Positions 27,901-40,171 of a stretch of DNA of 64,000 nucleotides are shown one piece after another. The DNA comes from Haliotis rubra (taxonomy: Eukaryota). Position numbers and translations under genes: made by a program. The notes under the pieces are model-generated. The model was not told where the DNA came from and did not search any database. It was given only the letters and a program-made list of their open reading frames with translations. Every line of letters starts with the position of its first letter. The stretch's first letter is position 1. The stretch is taken from NCBI RefSeq assembly GCF_003918875.1, contig NW_025765048.1:558001-622000 (forward strand). Reading direction: 5' to 3'.

Positions 27901-30900
27901 CCACAAGACAGATTATCATTCTGATGGAGAAAATACCTCTAAAGCGCTCTAAATAATGTGATTCTAGATCAGTACATTTTTGGGATTCCTTTTGTTCTGC
28001 ATCGTTAAAATCACGTTTTTACTTGCCATACCAGGGAGATATTTGTCATCTTAGAATCACTAAATCTGACTTTGAGATGGCTGCCCTTTTACAATACTTT
28101 GGCCATTTGCAACAGTTTAAGCGAGTAGCTTAACCAAGGTGGCATGGTTTTCTTGTAGGAATTCAGTGTTCTTGACAGAACAGTGTACAGATCTATTAAT
28201 TTATCTCTTATGATTGTTATGATACTTCATTATTAATGGATCAGGTTTGTACTTCCATCATGTTAAATTGTCATTCTTCAATTACTCAAGTAAAATGTTA
28301 AAATACACTTGGACCAAAGGCAGAAAAGTGTTGGAACTAAACATTTGCACATTGAGAATATACTCTCAATCAATAGTGATATTTACTTTTTCTGGTCATG
28401 GCAACACTGTTGCGAATGGTTTCACAAAACAAGAAATTATCTGTGGGACCAAGATTTGAGCTTTTGTGTCCGGCTTGACTCAAGAGGTAAATACACACAC
28501 ATACCCACAACACAGCCCGAGTAAAATTGCTAATTAATTTATTCCTTCAATCATCTCACTCTAACCAAGCTTGTGAAACTGGTGCTTCACAAACACCTCC
28601 AAGTCCTGTGAAAGACATACTGTTATATACAGACACATGTCCTCAATGGCAGATTCTCTTGGCAAATATTTGATTGAAATTGATGTGAACCATCCTTACA
28701 ATTCATCTCTTGTTATAGAATGCTGTATCTGAAACCAGATTTTTTTTTTAAACTGGAAAATGTATTTCCCCCCCTAATTCTACTCCCCTCATAAAAGTAT
28801 GACCAGATTTGCCTTCAAATTAACACAAGGTCTACAAAAAATATTTGCAGAAATAACTAAGCAACGCCACATAACAGCTGTCTTTAGAGCAAGCCATACT
28901 GTTTGCCTTCCAACTGCCTATGAAAAGAAGGGGGGAAATGTGATTAAACACTGCATATTTACACAAAGGAGATGGGAAAAAATCTTGCAGCTCTTAAACT
29001 TAGGAAAGGGTGTTGAATGGGTTCAGTGTTTTCTTTAAAACCAAGCTTACTTGTATAAAGCAACTTTGGCAGTAGAATAAGCCGTTTCTTGAGAGCTAGG
29101 AAGGTTGACCTTATATACGAGGATATTTGAACATTGAAAAGGTCATTGACAGACCTATTTTCACTCTTGAGATTAGACTGTCCACTACCCTATCCATTAC
29201 TGTAGCATCAAATTCTTGATTAAAATCCTATTATTTTATTAATTCAAGCATCCATGAAGCCACACATAACAAGCAATGACAGTGAAAATTCAAATTCTTT
29301 CATCAAAATCCAGACAAAATAAATGTGTTAAAATATTTTCCACCCATCGTGACCAGAATGTTGAAGTGAACTGTGCCAACGTATCTACCCAAAGATCCCG
29401 CCATGAACTGAACCAGGTTATGGTATTATCAGTCAGGTAATTATGACACACTGTTTTTATGGGAACTAAACTGTCCTGCTTCTCAATAAAGGACCACACA
29501 CAATGAAAATTTACCAATGCATAACGGCTTGTGTAATTACTGAAATGGGTTCTGGGATGAACTTATCTTTTGATAGTAATTAAACAAGCATGAGGAAGCT
29601 GCAAAGACTTACGGGGGACAAGTCATAAAGATATAAAAAAATAGCTAAAGCTTCAAAAACACTTTAACAAGGCATCAACCCCAAGGCAGTTCACACTCAA
29701 GTCTAGTAAACAGTTCACATTTTTATCTGCACAAGCTACAAAGTTATGTGATTTGATATGTTGACAAACTCAATGAAATTTATCATTATCAACATTTTAT
29801 TATCAAGAAAACTGATGACAAATACTGCATGAAGACAACTACATAAATATCTAACAAAAGGCCTCTCCCTGTCAACCGGTGCCCTTCATGTAACCAGGAA
29901 TGCTGACCTATGATCTGTAATCCATCTGGAAACCTTATAAGGTCTTGGATGATATATCAATGTCTAAAGTCTGGACAAATTAACCAAGTTTCACTCTGGT
30001 TGATACACCCCAAGTTTAATTCGTCCACGACCCTGCACTTCAATATCCTGATTTTTAGAGTAGAAAAAGGAAAATTGCTTTGCTTGTAGGCCCCTGAAGA
30101 AAAAGTGGCAACATTAATAACTTCCCCTGACGTCCCAGCGATTTACACCGTGAGTTGAAGGAAATATATGAGATGGAGTTTTCCCTATGATCTGCGGTTA
30201 ATCTCAATCCATTGCGGCAGGGTAACAAAGATTTAGTTTATTCACTAAGACTAAGACGGAATATGGCAACTGAAGAATGGGTGCTTTGTGTTAATTATAT
30301 TTTTAAAACTTTTTCTGTACTTGGGCCAAAAACTTATCACATTGATAATAGAATTTTTGATTTTGGAAAAATAAATTTTCCAAATCATTGTGAAATCATA
30401 CTTAATGTTTTTACTGAGATGTCCTAATACTTATTCGTATAAACTAATTTGATATGACAAACAAAATAGTTATGCAAACAAAACACCCACTAAGGCTGTA
30501 GAGAGCAATACTGTGGGTGTGTTGGGATGGGGATGTGTTAAAGTGTGGCACTATGAACAGATAGGAACAGTCGGGTGGGTGAGGTAGAAGGGTGGGGTGA
30601 GGTAGATGGTTGGGTGGGTAAGGTAGGAGTGTGGGGAGAGAGTGAAACAGGGGAGCTCGGTATTTTAAAGAACTCAGGTCACAGTATGGAACCCTGTCGC
30701 ACTCTGTGTCCTCGTCTCCAAATATAGTGACACTGCTCTGGGGCTATCTGGGAATTTTAATACTTTCATACATCCTGGATTCTACAGCTTGAGATTGTGA
30801 TACTATATCCCCCAAGAATGACATATCTAATGGCTGCCTGCTCATCCTCACAACCAAGGAATTCTAATCCATTTTGGATTCAGTACACACATTGATATCA

Positions 30901-33900
30901 ATCAAATAATCATTTGTCTTCAAGATGAAAAAATTCCAGTCTAATCGCAATATGAAAGGATTTCATAAAGAAGAATTTTTCAATCTAATGGTATACTCAA
31001 ATAATAATCTTTTGATTGAGCTTGGAAGTTTTGTATTCACATGGATGGGCCATAAATCTTTCCCCTCATACTTTAACATCATTAACACGCCATGAAAAGC
31101 TAAGGATAAAATCTCGAACTTGTTCACAATATGGCTCCATACTGACTACAACAAGCACCCATGTATACAACATGAACTTCCAGAGATAATATGAGTTGTG
31201 GAAATATTCAGGAACAGCCTTAGAAATTGTTTTGGGGTGAGTCAAACTTTTACAGGACTTGAATAAAGCTAAGCGTCCCATGTTTAAAACACACTATATG
31301 CTTCATTTAGCTTCTAAAGTCCTCTACAGACTGAAGCTAAGAAATCTGAATGAATGCCCACATAGGAAATTTCTAAACCCTGTTAATGGTCACCCTGCTG
31401 AACTCTTACATAAGGTTCTGTAAGGTAGTAATTATTTCCACAGTGAAGGGTTCTACCCGACCACTGAAATTACTGGTTGTCAAATGGCCGACTTAATGCC
31501 TCTATGTAGAATTAATTGGACGTAAATAGATACTAGTTCTATCCAAACAAACACACAATTATTGTGCTATAAAGAGTTTTGTGCTTAAGAAAATATGTTC
31601 ATGGACAGTTGAGCTCAGGTAAGGACGATGAGATTTGGTAATAATGCCATGCTTTGCTATACAGATAACTTAGTCCAAGATTGGGCTGTAATTCCATAAT
31701 CTTCTGTCCACCCCTTCAACACATCAACCATCCCTCAAACACGTCAACAGCAACACAGTATTCACAGCCTTTCAACACCTATTCTGCTTCATTAAAACCT
31801 AAAACTACAAAATGCATTTTACTGTTGAAAGATTAAATTCTACAAATAAACAATTGCTTTGAATCTCCGAACACAATGAGTCTTTGGTTTCTGAAATAAG
31901 TAAACTAATATTAATATACTATTCGCACCGCACCTTACTGAGCTATTACATGATACATCAACTGACATGTTGAATATAAGATATCCTTTAAGGAAACAAA
32001 ACCTGTCATTACAAACATTAACTGATATGGATTATTAACATAAAGCATCTTACTTTAGGTATCTCATGATCAACTCTGCTAGGATCCAGTGTAAATTTTA
32101 CTGTCAAACGGCCGTCAAAAAGTCTTGCATTTCGCATTGATGACAAGTCATATTGTGACTATCACTTCTCAGCATGAAGGACGAACACATGCTGGCCTGG
32201 TCCCATGGCTAAAGATACACCTACGTCATTGTGTAGCAATATGCGATAAAGAAATATTACTATGTCATGCCTTTATCATATCAAGTTGATAGATTTGTCT
32301 GCATATTTGGTCATTCATTTCCCCGCTATCAGAGATATGGCTACCACCACCATCCCAGAGAATTGCCTGGAACACAAGATGTGATCTTCAGACCACACGA
32401 CAGACCTGACATCTGTTTATTTACATCCTGCTTGCAGCGACACTTTGGAATTGAATAAAATGTTTTTTAATTTCCCTATTTACAAAAACATAAAATTTAA
32501 TGCACTATTTATCAAAACAAACAAATATTTTTTTAGTAATGTTTAAAAACAGTATGTAAAAAAATGTCCTAAAATTGTAATATTTCTTTTAGCTGATATA
32601 ACACTGACATTGAAACAAAAACACGCTGTAGTTAAACAGGCTCTTTAGCAAATCTGTCCATACACGATTTCACTTTCACTAAGTTTCAGTCAGAATCTCG
32701 TCCACTTTGCGTTCATTTTAGCAGGTGCATGTCATTCTCTAGCAAGGAAAATGTGAAAATAAAAATAAATAAAAATTTGATTAAATTTGAAAACAACATT
32801 TAAAAACAGTCACCATCATTTAAAAATTAGGTTTTTAATTTACAGTCATTTATGAACCATTTGTGAAAACTAAAGAAACATGACTAATCCGACATATTTA
32901 AAACTAAACAATATTGTCCTTATTCAAGACGGCCCGTTTCAAAACAATTTCTCTTCAAGAAATGGCTAATAGTACACAGAAATTTGTCCACAGGTTTCTG
33001 TCAATATTTGATAATTAGAAATGGCATGTAATTGTGAGGCTAGTTTATAAGATTGGTTTAAATTCTCACAAGAGCACACAAAAGCTTTATTCCCAGGTAT
33101 GTAAACTTATACTCATCAGTATCGTTATCAGAATGGATTTGTCACTCTTTGGAACATATTTACTCTTTTAGTCATGGTTTATGGAACATGAAACTTTGGC
33201 CACAGCCAGCTGACAAGTAGTTCTTTTCCAAATTTGTTGACAAACATTTCACATTCTGGAATCGGAGAAATGTTGATATCTGGAGACTGGTTGTCAGGTA
33301 ACGAAAAATTTACTCAGCGTAAATAACATCAGGTTCAGTATACACTCCGTCCAAATATTTTCAGCAGGCGACCTTCAATCTTTTTAAAACTTGAACAACT
33401 AGTAGTTCACCCAAGATGTTTTTTGAAGTACACATTGCTCAAAGGTCAAGAAATGCAGGTTCTGGTTTTTAAATGAAGCATGTTTATTTCAGCTTGCCTC
33501 TTCCAGTGTAGATTAGAATAATGTTTCCATGCCAAAACTGAAACAGTTTTATTGTGGATAATATTTTGCCACGCTAAGCTAATATTTTCTCAGTATATAT
33601 CACCTTAAGAAGTAATATTACCTTCGTTGGACACCTTTTGTTATTCATCATGTCATAAAAAAATCAGCCTGGTGTCATGTGTCTCCATAAATCAATGGGC
33701 CCTTTGGTAGAACCGCATTCACTAACAGAAGGTCAAACTTGGAGAATTTACCTTCCCATTTTTATTACTTCAAACCATGTCAAAATACTTAAGAATATAT
33801 TACAAATATTATACACCTGAATTATTAAATTGTGAAAATATTGTTTAATACAAAGAGTTAGTAATTTCATACATTTTACTTAAACTTTCCACATGTTCAA

Positions 33901-35470
33901 AACCCTAAGCACATTATAAAAAAATAGCAGTTCTATCTTCTTTTATGCAATATCTGGTTCACATTCCCGGCCCCACTTTCGTGATAAATTGTAACCATTT
34001 TTAAACACAACTTTCCCACAATCACAGAAAATGAAACATCAAAGATACATGCCTAATTTTACACTGTACATTTTATTTCCCTCTTAATGTATTTCCACTG
34101 TTTCTGAATGACATAAACCACTGAAGAATTATATGTACACAAAATGTTACCTATCTAATAGGTTCACTATAACCATGTTTTCAGGGAAGGAATATACATA
34201 TTGGTGCTATTCTCCTTACAGCAAATATTGCATCTGTGAACTAATACTGGTTATGCAAATGACATGTAGGTTTGTACTTAACATACAGTGAGTACTAAAT
34301 GTAATAGAATTTGGGGGACATAGCCATACTGTGTTGTACATTTCTATACAAAACAGGTAATTGTGTATAGTATGGAATTAACGGTTTGAAACAAAATGTT
34401 TCAATGTCAGAGTCTTCAATACCGAGTGCCAACACTTGTCAATTTTGTGATAAAACCGAACTTTAAAGTGATCTTAAAAATTAATTCAGTTTGATATCTG
34501 TTGCAAACACCACAATAAAAGATGTAAACTTTAACACAACTTCAGCTAAATATTCTGACATCAACATGACTGTCTGTATCGGACGACAATTTTTGATAAA
34601 ACTATTACAAATAAAACAGAAAATTATCGCAATTTTCTCTTCAACTTTGATACAGAATAGGGAATTTCCAGTGTGATGTAAGGAAAGTTTTACATTGTAG
34701 AAATAGTTCCAAAGCCATCTGAGATGACCACTCCTGCCAACATAAAGTAAACTATCCACTGTGAAATATACGATATAGTCACCAGTGACTGGTGGCATGA
34801 CTAACTACTACTTGTTGTGAACCTGCTTGAAGTAGACTTCTATTTAAACATCAAATAGGGTATTGAAAAAGTTCTACATACTCTTTGTATAACATTCAAG
34901 ATTTTAGCTAATGTTTGCTTCCGTAAAACACCTAAATGTTGACAACTTGTATCCAACAAACATAATAGTTTTAGTATTACATTCTTCATTCGAAAATAAA
35001 TATTAATTTAATATATTTCCTTTATTTTGTTATGAACAACATGAAATATTTTTCTTAAACTATTGTGGAATTATTTTTAAAACCTTTGATTAACCCATTT
35101 TGACAGACAATTTCAACAAGTAGAAATAACTCGGGTTTAAATATTAGTCCCTAATAAATCTATGGTGGACATTTCTTAAATTGTCCACAAAATCAGATAT
35201 GAACGATGTTCGGTGTAGTTAAGATGTCGGGTTCATCCTCCACACACAGGCTGGAGTTCCAGGTATGTTTTTATCGTCTACGCTGTTTCTATAATGATCA
35301 TAATGCTCGTACCCATACCAAAAACATGGCGACCCCTCAACGAGTTGCATAACCTATTAAAAACTTGTTGAAACTTTACAAGGAGTGTTTGTTTCCTAAT
35401 GCTAAGTGTATTGGTATGACGTGAACTGTATTGGTGACATTTTGGTTCTGTTGGATTCTGAATGACTTAC

Positions 35471-35580
35471 CATTTGACGAATAGGTCCCCGAATAGACAT
35501 GTGAACACGTCATTGGTTGCATCCATCCTGGGCCGAGGATGAGCATGATACTGTGTGGGTCCGGCGTACTCGGAAAACAT
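35471..35580 (-). CDS. HR96: Probable upstream (first) coding exon of the NR1J gene
   Basis: ATG at 35580 in context catcATG. Reads MFSEYAGPTQYHAHPRPRMDATNDVFTCLFGDLFVK then TG|gtaagt, a consensus phase-2 donor matching the phase-2 acceptor at 18905 (TG+C=Cys). Lies in locally CpG-richer DNA. Confidence 0.6.
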
Positions 35581-37432
35581 GATGATGCTAAATATGTCCA
35601 CAAGCAGTTAACCACAACAGCCTTATGATATCATATGGTCAGTGTTGTCCTCAATATACAGTCCCAATGGTCTAGTGTCGATATATGTTGCCGCGATGAC
35701 AACCAGCCTGACAGTCCAACCGACTCACTTCTCTCAAAGCCTACAAGTAACTCTCTAGGCCAGGAGGGTAGAGAAACCTCACGCTTCACCTCACACACTC
35801 ACACACGCTAGCTCCCTGCACGACTTGACAGAGTGAGGAGCTCACTGAGAAGGCCACAGTTTTCAGGCGAGAATGGGCTCTCACCACTCCAAGCTTTGTA
35901 AACAAACGATATTCCTGGGGTGACTTGGTACACTTTCCCGCCTCCATCCAATCACACGCCGGCTTGGTCAGGCTCAATACAGTGCCATGCTATGGGCACC
36001 GCCTACAGGTCTACATACATACAGAATGGGCCTCGTGGAACAAGCCATTTAACGACAGGTAGGGAATGAGAACATAAACTATGCTCCAGCGAACACCAGA
36101 GCCATCAAGGGCTTAGCTGTAAGATAGGACTGTTAACTTCAAAGTTGGAGCTAGTATGGCAGTGTCCAATTTGTTTTCGTCCGGAATGGGCCGACATTTA
36201 TCAGCTACACTCCCACCCTGCCCCCTGTTATCTAATAGATCTGCCTCTTCTCAAAGCAACAACTTGATGACTCAAGCCATGTGATAACCTGCATTATACC
36301 ATTCCCTGGTACTTCATTATAAAGCACAGGGGGGATACGGATTTCAGTCAGCTGATCTAAGGACATGTGGACACTTAGGACCACTCTTGTAACAATGAAC
36401 TGATGGAAGGACTATGATGTGTGCGTAGGGGATGGTGTTCGGGATATATATGTGCCATATACCCAACCTGGCATTACCACAACATCATAATCAGCCAGTC
36501 TGCTTATAATGGGGTCATTATTATGCATGAATGTTGGGTAATACATACATGCTGATGCCTATATAGAACATGAACGTTTGCTCAGCATGAAGGACTGGTG
36601 TTTTCATTCTGCAAGAAGTCCTACATGAATTTGTCATCAAGTTTTGACAGTATGAGTGACATCTACATTATTGAGGAATTTGGTAATGATAGAGAAAACA
36701 GTAGTATTTCTGTACTCTGGTTCTTTATGGCTTCATGTTAATCTCATATTCATGAGCAGGAAATCTGGAATTATTTACTAAAAGTATGTAAGAAAACTTG
36801 GATATAACAAGTAATGGTAATCACCGATAACCAGGATCTCATAACAAGTTGTTTATGACAGTGTCAGCTATGACATATGGGTGGGATGGGAAGAGGGATG
36901 GGTGGGGAGGGGATGGAGAGGGTGAGGGGAGGATGGAAGGGGGTTACAGAGGAAGGTGGGTGATGGATCATTGGGTAATAAAAAAGTGTAGAAGTGATGG
37001 CAGGGCTCCAGATAACGGCCGTATCGGCGTATGTATGGATAGAAAATATGCATGATACGGTAGGAAATAATTTAGAAAATGTAGCAGATACGCACTGCTA
37101 CAGTCTTAGAATCATTTAGGGATGTATTATCTGAAAAAGTATTGTTTTATTGTTTATTGACCTGTTTACACAAGAGTAAACACAAGATTACTGATACGCC
37201 ATTAAATTCCATTCAGTACTCTAAATGTACTCTTAAGTATTTCCAGTATTCCTATATTGAAAAAATAAGGAGTACATACTTTTGATGTTGAAAGATTATC
37301 TAGAGCCCTGGATGGAGAGGGTGGGTGTGATGGACTGGGAGCCAGTGTGGGGGGTAATGGAGGTTGTGGGGGTAATGTGAGGGGAGGGAGATGACTGGAA
37401 TTAGGACAACAGGAGGAGCTCTGGGGTGAATA

Positions 37433-37762
37433 ATGCAGGGATCGTAGAGGGTGGGTTTGATGGAGGGGGGTGGGGGGGGGCTCACTGTGATAACCACTGC
37501 AGGGATCGTAGAGGGTGGGTTTGATGGAGGGTGGGGTGGGGTGGGGTGGGGCTCACTGTGATAACGCAGGGATCGTAGAGGGTGGGTTTGATGGAGGGTG
37601 GGGTGGGGTGGGGCCTCACTGTTATAACGCAGGGATCGTAGAGGGTGGGTTTGATGGAGGGTGGGGTGGGGTGGGGTGGGGGGGCTCACTGTGATAACGC
37701 AGGGATCGTAGAGGGTGGGTTTGATGGAGGCTGGGCTGAGGTGGGGCTCACTGTGATAACGC
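37433..37762. repeat. G-rich ~65-bp minisatellite, 5 units, with variable (GGGGT)n tracts
   Basis: Units start GCAGGGATCGTAGAGGGTGGGTTTGATGGAGG at ~37435, 37499, 37566, 37629 and 37699. Confidence 0.9.
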
Positions 37763-38596
37763 ACAGATCTGAAGACACTCCAAGCAGTTTCTGTCACCGA
37801 GATTCAGGTCACAAAGGTTTGTCAGAACAAGAAATGAGCAGCAGCATCCTATGATGCTGGTATTTACAACTTACAGAACAGGAACCTTAACCCTCCTACA
37901 AACATCCTGCCCTGGAGAAATTAATTCCTAGTTTGCTAAGTGAGTCAAAACCAGCTGGAGTCGCATTTCAGGATTTGTAATGATTGTTGAAGTGAAAGTA
38001 TTTTCACTCACGCTTTAAGCCAAATTCTCTAAAATGAAACTGCACGTCATCAAAATAATCCCATGTAAAACTATTTTTGTTTGTTTGCTAATACTTCTAT
38101 ACAAAACTGTCTTTACTCGTAAGGTGATTGTAAGGATGGAGTTACACATCACACAAAATCATCTGCAATAATTTGATAGAAATCTCCATTGGAAACTAAA
38201 AACTGATCATAAAAATGATGTGATATGAATGTTTGAAGACACTTCCTCTTCCCTAATTTTAATGATATAAACCAATATGTCTGAAGAAGGCAAGTCTGTA
38301 ATGCTCAGATGAATAATGGTTCCAAAATTTGGGAAAGCTATATTTGTTGGAGTAAATCCTTCCAGATTGAGTCATTATTTTTAGAATTATTTTATAATAT
38401 CTCCTTGTGTTCTGGATGCCACAGATTCCATGGCACAACACAGCAGTGAATGTCTTACAAACCGTACAACTCAAGAAAGAAGGAAACGTACAAACCGTAC
38501 AACTCAAGAAACAAAGAAACGTACAAACTGAACAACTCAAGAAACATACAATTCTACAACAGTATTGCAGTTGTCAATAAGCACAAAAACAACCAA

Positions 38597-39621
38597 ACTC
38601 AACCAATATAGAACACCACAATCAATCAAACAGGTAACTCAACCAATATAGAACACCACAATCAATCAAACAGGTAACTCAACCAATATAGAACACCACA
38701 ATCAATCAAACATGGTAACTCAACCAATATAGAACACTACAATCTATCAAACAGGTAACTCAACCAATATAGAACACCACAATCAATCAAACAGGTAACT
38801 CAACCAATATAGAACACCACAATCAATCAAACTGGTAACTCAACCAATATAGAACACTACAATCAATCAAACAGGTAACTCAACCAATATAGAACACCAC
38901 TCAACCAATACAGAACACCACAATCAAAACAGGTAACTCAACCAATATAGAACACCACAATCAATCAAACAGGTAACTCAACCAATATAGAACACCACAA
39001 TCAATCAAACTGGTAACTCAACCAATATAGAACACCACAATCAATCAAACTGGTAACTCAACCAATATAGAACACTACAATCAATCAAACAGGTAACTCA
39101 ACCAATATAGAACACCACAATCTATCAAACAGGTAACTCAACCAATATAGAACACCACAATCAATCAAACAGGTAACTCAACCAATATAGAACACCACAA
39201 TCAATCAAACAGGTAACTCAACCAATATAGAACACCACAATCAATCAAACAGGTAACTCAACCAATATAGAAAACCACAATCAATCAAACAGGTAACTCA
39301 ACCAATATAGAACACCACAATCAATCAAACAGGTAACTCAACCAATATAGAACACCACAATCTATCAAACAGGTAACTCAACCAATATAGAACACCACAA
39401 TCTATCAAACAGGTAACTCAACCAATATAGAACACCACAATCAATCAAACAGGTAACTCAACCAATATAGAACACCACAATCAATCAAACAGGTAACTCA
39501 ACCAATATAGAACACCACAATCAATCAAACAGGTAACTCAACCAATATAGAACACCACAATCAATCAAACAGGTAACTCAACCAATATAGAAAACCACAA
39601 TCAATCAAACAGGTAACTCAA
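38597..39621. repeat. 40-bp minisatellite (AACTCAACCAATATAGAACACCACAATCAATCAAACAGGT), ~25 units
   Basis: Highly homogeneous tandem array with one irregular junction near 38900. Confidence 0.97.
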
Positions 39622-39681
39622 CAGGAAGTAACATGTACTATTTCAACATAAAGACTTACACACTGCTTATCATTTAACGTG

Positions 39682-39704
39682 TGACCCCTGACCTCACGAG
39701 GTCA
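39682..39704 (-). promoter_or_regulatory. Candidate nuclear-receptor element: DR1 overlapping ER4
   Basis: TGACCC-c-TGACCT-cacg-AGGTCA on the + strand. Confidence 0.3.
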
Positions 39705-40020
39705 TGGAGCAGATAATCGGTATTCCTATATGATACAGATATTTACTGATGACGGAGCACATGCCACCTCCATTCAGTAATAGATGACCTTGCTATCACA
39801 TCTCATCGTAACTGATGACCCTTATCTGTAATGGCCTTGAGGGAGTGGTCGGAAGATGGGTTGGTGTGAGTGAGTGAGTGAGTGTGTGTGTGTGAGTGAG
39901 ATGTGAGTTAGCAAGTTCGGGATTTAATGAATGATGTGAGAGGTGTTTACATGTGTTAGTGAGTGGGTGTGTCAGTGAGTGGGTGTGTCAGTGAGTGGAT
40001 GTTGTTTCACACCATCATAC

Positions 40021-40171
40021 TATGTGACTACAACCTGTGTGACTACAACCTGTGTGACTACAACCTATGTGACTACAACTTGTGTGACTACAACCTATGT
40101 GACTACAGCCTGTGTGACTACAACCTATGTGACTACAACCTGTGTGACTACAACCTATGTGATTACAACCT
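40021..40171. repeat. 15-bp minisatellite (TGTGACTACAACCTR) x10
   Basis: Direct tandem repeats. Source of the CDYNL-repeat ORF. Confidence 0.95.

Noticed and set aside
37300-37854. Pro-rich (extensin-like) and Gly-rich ORFs
   Set aside because: Arise from the G-rich tandem repeat, with unit lengths that shift frame.
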